Source of the DNA: a bacterium
Lineage (GTDB): Bacteria > Actinomycetota > Acidimicrobiia > Spongiisociales > UBA5794
Length of the DNA stretch: 64,000 bases
Direction of reading: 5' to 3'
Assembly (NCBI GenBank): GCA_024228555.1
Contig: JAAETI010000489.1
Span: 8,332 to 72,331 of the forward strand
Positions within the stretch are counted from its first letter, which is position 1, and each line of letters begins with the position of its first letter. The translations under genes and the position numbers were made by a program. This document shows positions 38,530-48,713 of this stretch, in pieces. Under the pieces are notes generated by a model. That model made no database searches and had not been told where the DNA came from. It saw only the letters and a program-made list of their open reading frames with translations.

Positions 38530-40056
38530 TCAGATTGCGTTCACGATGCTGGAGTCGAGACCCGGGTAGGAACGCAGGTACTCACGACGCTCTGCGGTGA
38601 GTGACTCCACGATTGCGGCGTACTCATCGAGACGACCCTGCCGCTCGTACAACTGGTACGGGCGGAGCAGCTCGAAGTCGGGGAAGTCGGGCAAACTCTT
38701 GGCCACGAAGTACCCAAAGTCCGGATCCTCTTCCCACTCGATGGTGCCGGAAACGATCCCCGTCACGACAGCCGAGCTGTGCTTGATCTTGACCTTCTTC
38801 GACCGCTCATCACCGTCGACACCGCCTACCCGGCCGGTATTCATCAGATACACGTCGAGGTCGGGCATCGTGTCGAGCAGTTCGAGCAGTCGGTTGCCCT
38901 GTAGCGCATCGTTGTCAAAAAAGAACGGGTTGGTGCCGGGCACCCTCAGGTTCTTGCCCTCTTCGCCGGCGCCACCGGCGGATGTCCCCTTGGTCTCACC
39001 AAGCATGAAGTAGGCGGCTGCCTGCTCACGCTTCAGCTTGGCGACCGCGGGAATCAAGTTCTCGTTACGGTTCAACAGCAGCATGTAGTTGGCAGGCGGG
39101 ACGTTCAGCGGGGAGCGATGCCGGATGTGGTCCAACCCGAAGGTAGAACGACCATTGGCGGTGTCGGAGTCGTCGAAGAAGTCGACCTTGCCGTCCGGAT
39201 CGCAGTGGGTGTTCTCCAACCACGCATCAGGCCGGGTCGTGCCACCGTAGATGGTCGGCTCATCATCTGCGTCAAGACCGAACGTCTTGGCGAAGCATCC
39301 GTTCTCCGTCGTGTAGACGAGGCCACCCGGCATGATCGCATTGAAGTCGTCCTGTACGGGAAGCGAGCCGAGCTGCTGCCGGAAGGTTGTCGTGGTCTTG
39401 CCGGTGCCCGAGAGCCCGAGGATGATCGCAACCTTCTCTTCACCGTCGATATCCGGGAATGTCTTGAGACCGGAGTGGAGCGCAAGACCGCCACGCTGGT
39501 AGACGAGGTGGTTCCACATGCGCAGCCCCCCCATCTTCGACTCACCGAAGTAGTCGGATCCGAAGACACGGGTCACGTAGTTCTCATGGTCTACGAGGAT
39601 CAGCCGATCGTTCGACTTGCCGGGCGCAGGGAGGCCCGGGGTGTAGATGACGGTGAACTCACGGTCCCAGTTTTCGTCCTTGGGGAAGTACAGCTGCTGC
39701 TGCATCGCAGGGATGTTGGCCTGGGTCCGCTCCATGTATACGGCGGAGGCGGTCTGGAAATCGGGGTCAGGACCGATATAACCCTCGATGAGGATCATGT
39801 CCTTGTCTGCAATGTAGGCATCTTGCTTGGCTGCCCACTCGTTGTACTCCGCCCGCGACATACGGTTCTGATAGTTCTCCTCTTCGACGATGAAGAAGGT
39901 TGAGGCGGCGAGCCGAGCCTTGACCTGCGCCTTGTAGTTCAGATTGCCGAATTCGGTCTCAGTGATGCGTGGCATGTGCTCGAGCACCCAGCCACGCATC
40001 TCTGCCTGGGTTGGGTTGACTGCAACTGAGCGTGCTTCGGGTAGAGCGATTGCCAT
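38530..40056 (-). CDS. pckA: Phosphoenolpyruvate carboxykinase, ATP-type, divergent
   Basis: YFGESKMG, LHSG, P-loop GLSGTGKTT, QDD, TENGCFAKT, TANGR, LMNTG. ATG at 40056 after GAGGAGG. Confidence 0.85.
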   Translation of the reverse strand: MAIALPEARSVAVNPTQAEMRGWVLEHMPRITETEFGNLNYKAQVKARLAASTFFIVEEENYQNRMSRAEYNEWAAKQDAYIADKDMILIEGYIGPDPDFQTASAVYMERTQANIPAMQQQLYFPKDENWDREFTVIYTPGLPAPGKSNDRLILVDHENYVTRVFGSDYFGESKMGGLRMWNHLVYQRGGLALHSGLKTFPDIDGEEKVAIILGLSGTGKTTTTFRQQLGSLPVQDDFNAIMPGGLVYTTENGCFAKTFGLDADDEPTIYGGTTRPDAWLENTHCDPDGKVDFFDDSDTANGRSTFGLDHIRHRSPLNVPPANYMLLLNRNENLIPAVAKLKREQAAAYFMLGETKGTSAGGAGEEGKNLRVPGTNPFFFDNDALQGNRLLELLDTMPDLDVYLMNTGRVGGVDGDERSKKVKIKHSSAVVTGIVSGTIEWEEDPDFGYFVAKSLPDFPDFELLRPYQLYERQGRLDEYAAIVESLTAERREYLRSYPGLDSSIVNAI

Positions 40057-40147
40057 AGGTCCTCCTCGAGGGGCCTGCTGGAGAGCTTGTCTGCTTGGCC
40101 TGACTGTAGCGGCAAGCCGCGTCGAGTTTCCAGAGCATTGTCGGCGC

Positions 40148-40183
40148 AAAAAGACCTGCGGCCCCGTCCAGGACCGCAGGTCT
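40148..40183 (-). terminator. Intrinsic terminator downstream of fbaB
   Basis: AGACCTGCGG...CCGCAGGTCT 10-bp stem followed by a T run on the minus strand. Confidence 0.7.
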
Positions 40184-40204
40184 GATTAGGTCGGTTTTGG
40201 CTTG

Positions 40205-41251
40205 TTAGGCGATGGTCACGGCATCGTCGAGATATACGTCCTGGATGGCGTTGAGCAACTCAATGCCTTCAGCCATTGGGCGCTGGAACGCCTTGCGGCC
40301 ACTGATCAGCCCAGTGCCGCCGGCACGCTTATTGATGACTGCGGTACGCACGGCATCAGCCAGGTCGCTTGCTCCACCGGAAGCGCCACCGGAGTTGATG
40401 AGACCGACACGCCCCATATAGGTGTTCACAACCTGCCAACGGGTCAGATCGATCGGATGATCGGAAGTCAACTCGCTGTAGACCAACGGATGAGTCTTGC
40501 CGAAGCCAACCGCCCCGTACCCGTTGTTGGTGTCAGGCTGCTTCTGCTTGACGATGTCGGCCATGATGGTCGAACCAATGTGGTTGGCCTGACCCGTGAG
40601 ATCCGATGATCCCTCATAGCTCACGCCATCGACCGTGAAGGCACTATTGCGGACGTAACACCACAGGACGGTGAACATGCCGAGTTGGTGGGCGCGCTCA
40701 AACGCTTCAGCCGTTTCCTGAAGCTGGCGGGTGGCCAGATCGGAGCCGAAGTAGATGGTTGCCCCAACCCCGGCGGCACCGAGGTCAAACGCCTGGTCGA
40801 CGGAGCCATACATGACCTGATCCGCACCATTGGGGTAGGTGAGCAGTTCGTTGTGGTTTATCTTGACGATGAACGGGATCTTGTGTGCGTACTTGCGGGA
40901 CATCATGCCCAGAACGCCAAAGGTGGACGCAACTGCGTTGCAGCCACCCTCGATGGCCAGTTCCACGATGTTCTTCGGGTCGAAGTAGGCCGGATTCGGG
41001 GCGAACGACGCCGCTGCCGAATGCTCGATGCCCTGATCGACGGGGAGGATCGATACGTAGCCGGAGCCACCGAGACGACCGTGGTCGTAGAGGCTTTGCA
41101 GACTGCGGAGTACCTGTGGATTGCGGTCGCTGCCTGCGAGAACATTGTCGATGAAGTCGGGACCGGGAAGGCTGAGCTGCTCCTTGTCCACCTTTGGTAC
41201 GTACGAGAGAAGATCTTCGGCCTGATCTCCGAGAAGGGCAGCTAGGTCCAT
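40205..41251 (-). CDS. fbaB: Class I fructose-bisphosphate aldolase (DhnA/FbaB type)
   Basis: [45 protein letters not shown]. Confidence 0.95.
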   Translation of the reverse strand: MDLAALLGDQAEDLLSYVPKVDKEQLSLPGPDFIDNVLAGSDRNPQVLRSLQSLYDHGRLGGSGYVSILPVDQGIEHSAAASFAPNPAYFDPKNIVELAIEGGCNAVASTFGVLGMMSRKYAHKIPFIVKINHNELLTYPNGADQVMYGSVDQAFDLGAAGVGATIYFGSDLATRQLQETAEAFERAHQLGMFTVLWCYVRNSAFTVDGVSYEGSSDLTGQANHIGSTIMADIVKQKQPDTNNGYGAVGFGKTHPLVYSELTSDHPIDLTRWQVVNTYMGRVGLINSGGASGGASDLADAVRTAVINKRAGGTGLISGRKAFQRPMAEGIELLNAIQDVYLDDAVTIA

Positions 41252-41387
41252 GACGGCTCCTTAGTCAACGCGCGTCAGCGCAGGTCTTTGTCCGTGGGCA
41301 TTATTGCCGAATCGCAGCCCCAATGAGAATCTCCGATCGGCACCCCGGGCAGGGCCATCCGGCAGGTTCTCTCGGATTGGCCGACTT

Positions 41388-43103
41388 CTACAGACCCAGC
41401 TGGTCCGCAATCGCCGCCGCAACCGTGTCGGCCTCCGCCACCAGCGCCATTTCCTGATCCTCCGCAGACAGATTGGTGTCGCGCACAGCTACGAGATCTA
41501 CGTAGATCTTCAGCTTGGGTTCGGTGCCGCTGGGTCGGACCAGAATCCGGCCCCGGTCGCCCAGTCCAAACTCCATCAGCGGTGTTGCCCCCATATAGCG
41601 AGGACGATCCTCAGCACCGAAGCGGTAGTCGGTGGATTCGACGATCGAGACGCCGGCAGCTTCGGTGGGTGGCGTCGCTGCGATGCGCTCCATGGCGGCG
41701 GCGATCTGGGCAGCACCCTCACTCCCTGGCCTGACAATGCTCTTCTGGGTGGACACCCAGAGACCATCACGTTCATAAAGCCGTGCCATGTAGTCGAGCA
41801 CCGACTCACCACGGGCGCTACACGCCGCGGCCAGGTCAGCAAACACGACAGCTGCAGAGATTCCGTCCTTATCGCGAACGGCGGGGCCTACCGAGTAGCC
41901 GAGGGCTTCCTCGTATCCAAAGACAAACGTTCCCTCGCCGGCTTCCTCGAGATCGAGCGCCGCGTTCCAGATCCATTTGAAGCCGGTGAGAGTGGTTACA
42001 AACTTGGCCCCATGGGCGGCGGCAACGCGTCCGAGCATGGGTGACGACACGATGCTGTTGAGCACCAGTGGCTTGTCCGTCTTGGTGTTGGCCAAGACAT
42101 AGTCCGCCAGCAGCACACCGATCTGGTTACCGGTCAGCGTACGCCATCCGCTCGTCCGCTCGAGGCTTATGGCAAGTCGATCGGTATCGGGATCGTTGGC
42201 GATGATGAGATCAGCGCTTACTTCCTCAGCCAGCTCGCCGGCGAGATCGAGCGCTCCCGGCTCTTCGGGATTGGGGAATGCCACTGTTGGAAAGTGTCCG
42301 TCTGGTTCGTACTGTGCAGGAACCGGACGGAAGTCGGGGTAGCCGGAGACCCGCAGGGCCTCTTTGACAAAGATCCCACCGACGCCGTGCAGCGGCGTGT
42401 AGACGATACGAAGGTCTGCCCCCTCAGCTCCCTCGGCACGAACGCTCGCCATGTCCTCGAGGTATCGGTCGAAGGTGTTCTTTGGGACTGGATGAGCCAG
42501 CTCGTCTCGATACTTCCTCGACAAGCGGGGCACATCGGCCGCACCGGCGACTGTGGCGATCTTGGCGGCGACGTCAACGTCGGTCGGCGGAACGATCTGA
42601 GCACCATTGGTGTCGTAGACCTTGTAGCCGTTGTCGTACGGCGGATTGTGGCTGGCCGTGATCACGATTGCAGCCCTCGCCCCCAGCTGCCGTGCCGCAT
42701 AGGCGACGACAGGTGTAGGGACAACGTCAGGGAAATAGCGGACCAGAATCCCGGCCGCCGTGAGCACCCCGACCGCATCTTTCTGGAACCGCTCTGAAGA
42801 CAGTCGCGCATCACGCCCGATGACGACAGGCTTGTCGGAATCGGGGGTGCGCTCTATCAGATACTCGGCAAGACCGCGGGTGGTACGGATTACGACGGCC
42901 CGGTTCATCCGATTGGATCCACCTTCAACCCTGCCGCGCAGTCCGGCCGTGCCGAACATGAGGGAGCCATCCATCCGTTCGCTCAGTTCGGCGACGTCAT
43001 CGGCGTCCAGCAACGCCCCTAGCTCCTTACGGGTCTTCTTCTCCGGGTCGGAGGCGATCCAGGCTTCGGTCCGGTCTCTGAGTTCTTGCGGGATAGTGCT
43101 CAT
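41388..43103 (-). CDS. Phospho-sugar mutase (phosphoglucomutase/phosphomannomutase)
   Basis: FGTAGLRG, phosphoserine motif TASHNP, metal loop DPDTDR, GYEEALG, RPSGTEPKLK. ATG at 43103. Confidence 0.93.
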   Translation of the reverse strand: MSTIPQELRDRTEAWIASDPEKKTRKELGALLDADDVAELSERMDGSLMFGTAGLRGRVEGGSNRMNRAVVIRTTRGLAEYLIERTPDSDKPVVIGRDARLSSERFQKDAVGVLTAAGILVRYFPDVVPTPVVAYAARQLGARAAIVITASHNPPYDNGYKVYDTNGAQIVPPTDVDVAAKIATVAGAADVPRLSRKYRDELAHPVPKNTFDRYLEDMASVRAEGAEGADLRIVYTPLHGVGGIFVKEALRVSGYPDFRPVPAQYEPDGHFPTVAFPNPEEPGALDLAGELAEEVSADLIIANDPDTDRLAISLERTSGWRTLTGNQIGVLLADYVLANTKTDKPLVLNSIVSSPMLGRVAAAHGAKFVTTLTGFKWIWNAALDLEEAGEGTFVFGYEEALGYSVGPAVRDKDGISAAVVFADLAAACSARGESVLDYMARLYERDGLWVSTQKSIVRPGSEGAAQIAAAMERIAATPPTEAAGVSIVESTDYRFGAEDRPRYMGATPLMEFGLGDRGRILVRPSGTEPKLKIYVDLVAVRDTNLSAEDQEMALVAEADTVAAAIADQLGL

Positions 43104-43144
43104 GCCCCCATTATCGGGTTTGTGCCCGCCGGTTGCCAGCCGAA

Positions 43145-43579
43145 TCACGTGGTCTCGGCACCAGGGCCTATGCAACTGGAGCAGGTACCCCTGAAAATGA
43201 CCTGGACATCGTCGACGGTTCCTTCGACTCCGGGCGCATCGACGCAGCGCGGCGAGTCCTCTGGACAGGCAACATCCGAGATGGCTCCACACGAGGTGCA
43301 AACGAAATGGTGGTGCCATCTATCCGCCCATTCGTAGCGGGTAGCCCCTGGGCCGGCGTCGGCCACCATCACCAGTCCCGCTCGGGTCAGGTCATCGAGT
43401 GCGTTGAACACTGTTGCCCGCGACACCACTGCGTCGTTGGCGGCGAGCGCTGTTGAGACCTCGTCGGCGGTCTGGTGGCCACCCAGGTCCCGAAGGGCTG
43501 CAACCACTGCGATGCGGGTCCGTGTTGCCTTCAGACCCGCATCACGCAGCTGGGTCTCAACAGGAGTCGGTGCGGTCAC
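43145..43579 (-). CDS. Fur-family regulator (FurA/PerR-like)
   Basis: GLKATRTR, SRATVFNAL, HHHFVCTSCG, C-terminal CSSC. The GTG start overlaps the dps stop. Confidence 0.92.
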   Translation of the reverse strand: MTAPTPVETQLRDAGLKATRTRIAVVAALRDLGGHQTADEVSTALAANDAVVSRATVFNALDDLTRAGLVMVADAGPGATRYEWADRWHHHFVCTSCGAISDVACPEDSPRCVDAPGVEGTVDDVQVIFRGTCSSCIGPGAETT

Positions 43580-44040
43580 CTCAGATGGGCTCGCAGCATC
43601 CAGAGTTGCTCTTCGAGCCCTTCGATGATGGTTTGCATCAGCCCATCGCTGATCACGTCGAGGTCAGCAATCGCTTCCTGGTGCTGACGGGCGCGGCGTG
43701 CGGCGGATTCGACACGGTTGGCCACATGGGTCATTGCATCGGTGCCATCCAACCATGCAACCGGGAACTCACTGTTGCCACTTTCGTTGACAACATCGTG
43801 GGCCCTGCCTCGCGGCAATGCACCGAGGATGACAACCCGCTCGGCAACCGAATCACTCCAGAGACGCCATTGGTCGATGAGCAGGTCAAGACGCTCGTGC
43901 ACGGGCTGGAAGCTCTCGCCGACGACTGTCCAGTGAGCCTGTTTGCCGACGAGATGCAGATCGATCAGATCGATCATCGTCGGTTGCAGAGCGTCGGCCA
44001 CTTTGTTGGCGGTCTCTTCTGGGAGCACTGTCCAACCCAT
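43576..44040 (-). CDS. dps: DNA starvation/stationary phase protection protein
   Basis: KQAHWTVVG...HERLD...W..DSVAER, LEEQLWML. Confidence 0.9.
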   Translation of the reverse strand: MGWTVLPEETANKVADALQPTMIDLIDLHLVGKQAHWTVVGESFQPVHERLDLLIDQWRLWSDSVAERVVILGALPRGRAHDVVNESGNSEFPVAWLDGTDAMTHVANRVESAARRARQHQEAIADLDVISDGLMQTIIEGLEEQLWMLRAHLR

Positions 44041-44069
44041 TTGCTGCCTCCTCAGGCGATTGGCTTCAC

Positions 44070-44091
44070 TTAGACTATGTCTAGTTTAGAC
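44070..44091. promoter_or_regulatory. Candidate FurA/PerR-type operator upstream of dps-fur
   Basis: TAGAC-TAT-GTCTA inverted repeat plus a further TTAGAC, AT-rich, about 30 bp upstream of dps. Confidence 0.5.
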
Positions 44092-44122
44092 AGTGCAGTC
44101 AGGCGTTGCAGATTCAACGCAA

Positions 44123-44152
44123 GAACGCCTCCCCGCGGACGGGGAGGCGTTC
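44123..44152. terminator. 13-bp perfect hairpin downstream of acs
   Basis: GAACGCCTCCCCG-CGGA-CGGGGAGGCGTTC. Confidence 0.7.
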
Positions 44153-44175
44153 GTCGTCTTGGGTTCTACTGTCGA

Positions 44176-46128
<1,953 letters not shown>

Positions 46129-46218
46129 TCAGTCCTCCTAAGACACGCTCCTTCGCTGCACTCTACGCAGACGAATCGCAGTATTTGAGGGACCAAAGTC
46201 CCCTTAATGATGGCCCGT

Positions 46219-46983
46219 TCAGATTTGGTCGGAAATGGCTGTCTCGAGGTGGTCGAGGATGGCATCGGCAATGATGTCGCGCTCGACATCGAGGACCGCA
46301 ACGTGCCGAGAGTCCTCCAGCCAAACCAAGCCTTTTTCGCTCGATCCGAGGCCGTCGAAGATGATTTCACCGCTCACGGGCTTTACGGTTTCGTCGGTGC
46401 GGGACTGGATCACCAGAGCGGGACACGTGACCCGATGGAGGTTGTTGCCGGCGGCAACCATGAGGTCACCGAGTTCGGCGGCGGTGCCAACTGGAGTGTC
46501 GATATAGCCCTGGTCGAACTCGCGCACCTCGGGTGGGAAGGGCGCCGACGGCTCGCCGATATCGATGCGATGCGAACCACGGTAGATAGTGGCCAGCTTG
46601 TTGCGTCGATCCCACACCCGTTGCGGTGTGTTGATCGTGGTCACCGAGGAGGCACCGAATATCGGGGCCAGCAACAGTGAGATCACCCCGCCCATTGACA
46701 ACCCGATCAGATGCAGCCGCTGGCCGCCAGAGATGATCTCGGCTGCGGGCTCGGCTGCGCTGCGCATCCAATCGCGCCATCCAGTGCCGGCCATGTCTTG
46801 TGGCGATGTTCCGTGACCAGCCAGGAGTGGAGCAACTACCGGGTAGCCGTGTTCATTGAGAACTGTCGCCAAAGGCCGCAGTTGGGCCGGCGATCCGGTC
46901 CAACCATGGAGCAGCAGGATCGTGTCGTCTCCATCCCCCTCGAGGGAGAATGGCGCAACTAGCGGATGCAGGTAGTCGGTCAC
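46219..46983 (-). CDS. Carboxylesterase / monoacylglycerol lipase-like alpha/beta hydrolase
   Basis: LLHGWTGSP, LAGHG, GLSMGG, QSRTD, DSRH. Confidence 0.9.
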   Translation of the reverse strand: MTDYLHPLVAPFSLEGDGDDTILLLHGWTGSPAQLRPLATVLNEHGYPVVAPLLAGHGTSPQDMAGTGWRDWMRSAAEPAAEIISGGQRLHLIGLSMGGVISLLLAPIFGASSVTTINTPQRVWDRRNKLATIYRGSHRIDIGEPSAPFPPEVREFDQGYIDTPVGTAAELGDLMVAAGNNLHRVTCPALVIQSRTDETVKPVSGEIIFDGLGSSEKGLVWLEDSRHVAVLDVERDIIADAILDHLETAISDQI

Positions 46984-47018
46984 ACCCGAAATCTAGCGTC
47001 CGCACCTGGGTTGGACGC

Positions 47019-47049
47019 GATCGAGGGGCCGCATCGCAGCCCCTCGATC
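47019..47049. terminator. 11-bp hairpin downstream of the membrane-protein gene
   Basis: GATCGAGGGGC-N9-GCCCCTCGATC. Confidence 0.5.
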
Positions 47050-47070
47050 TTCAGGTTTGGTTGGTGTGTT

Positions 47071-47562
47071 CTACTCGCTCGAGTCGCTCATGAAGCCCAT
47101 GGCCCCACCAAAGGTGACGAGCACAGTGCCGACAATCAAGACGAAGAAGCCGATGCCGGTAGCTACTTCAAACGCAGCCGGAATCAACCCGCCCTCAGCA
47201 GCCTGACCAAATGCGCCTGCAAGTGTGTCGGCCTTGTCGCCCGCATCGAGATACTTGATGACCGCATAGGCCAGCAAAGCTACGCCGATCACCGAGACGA
47301 TCATTGACGAGATCCTGTCCATCGGTTGCGACATGTCCGGTCGGACACAGAGGAACACAACGGCAATGATCAGGATCACTAGGAGAACCTGAGCCCAAGC
47401 GTCCAGGCCACCCCAAATCGTTGGAATTCCGTCGGGGAAACTGTCGCTGGCCGCATTCAGGTCAGGCAACAGCTCCTCACCGTCGGTGGTCAGCGACTTC
47501 ATAGAGAGGCCGACCACCCCGATGACGACGCCTACAAGCGCAATAAGACGATTTCGATGCAC
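47071..47562 (-). CDS. Membrane protein, ~4 TM helices, function unknown
   Basis: 163-aa ORF with GGGAGAG RBS and four hydrophobic segments. Confidence 0.8.
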   Translation of the reverse strand: MHRNRLIALVGVVIGVVGLSMKSLTTDGEELLPDLNAASDSFPDGIPTIWGGLDAWAQVLLVILIIAVVFLCVRPDMSQPMDRISSMIVSVIGVALLAYAVIKYLDAGDKADTLAGAFGQAAEGGLIPAAFEVATGIGFFVLIVGTVLVTFGGAMGFMSDSSE

Positions 47563-47822
47563 GGTCTCTCCCTCGGTAGATAACTCCCAAGGACCATCGT
47601 AAGAAGTTGAAGCCGATCACCGCAACCACACGGAACACAGATCCGCAGTGTGGGGTTGCCTCGAACTGCGAACATGCGACTCCTGAAGCTGCCATCGGCT
47701 CTTGCTTTCCCCGGATCTATCGACGGCGAGGTGGGTATCTGGGTACAGCCAAAGGACGGGGCCTCAACCCGAATCAGCGATGGAACCTGGGTGGCGTGGG
47801 CCCGGTGATTGGTTGGGCCTGA

Positions 47823-48100
47823 CTACCGGCGGGCCAGGTAACCAACAACAGTCCTGGCGACCAGCTCGTGGGTTTCGGCAAGCAGGCAACCGGGCACAGA
47901 CTCGAAAGCGTCACGGAGATCCAGGACCTCCATACCGACCTCAGCCGCTACCTTCACTGCGAGAAATTGTGGCTGGTCGAGATCGGAATCAGCCATAACC
48001 ACGTTGTCCGGGAAGTAGTACAAGACACCCGGTTCACACGCTTGGATCGACGCCGGGATCAACATCATCACGATCCTGACCTCCGGGACGGTCGCACGTC
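47823..48100 (-). pseudogene. C-terminal remnant of an SGNH/AlgX-like hydrolase or acetyltransferase
   Basis: MMLIPASIQAC...QPQ...GMEVLDLRDAF...HELVARTVVGYL resembles SGNH C-termini; no credible N-terminus or RBS, and the DxHW catalytic segment appears absent. Confidence 0.45.
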
Positions 48101-48321
48101 GACGTCCCCAAGCCCAATGGTGCTGACTCGTCGCGAGCGCAGCAACCGGGCTTTGGAGGACTGAGCGCCGCCGACCGGAGACCAGTCGGTTTCCCCGCTT
48201 TTTGATCAACCGGTCTCGGCTCGGCTGCCGTAGAAAGCTCTATACTCATGTCGCTCGGTTCAACAGCCGCCAGATGGTGTAACATCCCGAACTCCTCGGG
48301 CCCACCCGAAATGATTTTCGG

Positions 48322-48394
48322 GCCCCCATCGTCCAGCGGCCTAGGACTCCGCCCTTTCAAGGCGGCAACGGGGATTCGAATTCCCCTGGGGGCA
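48322..48394 (+). tRNA. tRNA-Glu (TTC)
   Basis: Acceptor GCCCCCA/TGGGGGC, anticodon arm CCGCC-CTTTCAA-GGCGG, T-loop TTCGAAT. Confidence 0.95.
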
Positions 48395-48399
48395 CCCGT

Positions 48400-48477
48400 G
48401 GGGGCGTGGTGAAGTCTGGAGTTCACGCCGGCCTGTCAAGCCGGAGGTCGCGGGTTCAAATCCCGTCGCTCCCGCCA
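48400..48477 (+). tRNA. tRNA-Asp (GTC), CCA encoded
   Basis: Acceptor GGGGGCG/CGCTCCC, anticodon arm CCGGC-CTGTCAA-GCCGG, T-loop TTCAAAT. Confidence 0.95.
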
Positions 48478-48483
48478 CTCACT

Positions 48484-48505
48484 CGCCCGGACATTTGTCC
48501 GGGCG
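48484..48505. other. 10-bp hairpin in the Asp-Phe tRNA spacer
   Basis: CGCCCGGACA-TT-TGTCCGGGCG. Confidence 0.55.
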
Positions 48506-48516
48506 TGTGTGTTGGA

Positions 48517-48589
48517 GGTCAGGTAGCTCAGTTGGTAGAGCGCTGGTCTGAAAAACCAGAGGTCGACGGATCGACGCCGTCCCTGACCA
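48517..48589 (+). tRNA. tRNA-Phe (GAA)
   Basis: Acceptor GGTCAGG/CCTGACC, anticodon arm CTGGT-CTGAAAA-ACCAG, T-arm GACGG-ATCGACG-CCGTC. Confidence 0.92.
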
Positions 48590-48591
48590 CG

Positions 48592-48620
48592 AGAACCCGA
48601 CTCTCCGAGTCGGGTTCTTT
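48592..48620 (+). terminator. Terminator of the tRNA cluster
   Basis: AGAACCCGACTC-TCC-GAGTCGGGTTCT followed by TT; a second hairpin (AAATCCCCTG...CAGGGGATTT) follows. Confidence 0.7.
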
Positions 48621-48713
48621 GGGAAATCCCCTGTCCCGCAGGGGATTTCTTGGAGGCGCCATTGGGGTCTTGCCCCGCAAAACCCCAGCTGCCAACTGGA
48701 CGCCCTTGGTGGG

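Noticed and set aside
43104-43319. N-terminal extension of the phosphohexomutase
   Set aside because: Overlaps the fur gene in another frame and is not protein-like; the match starts at MSTIPQ (43103).
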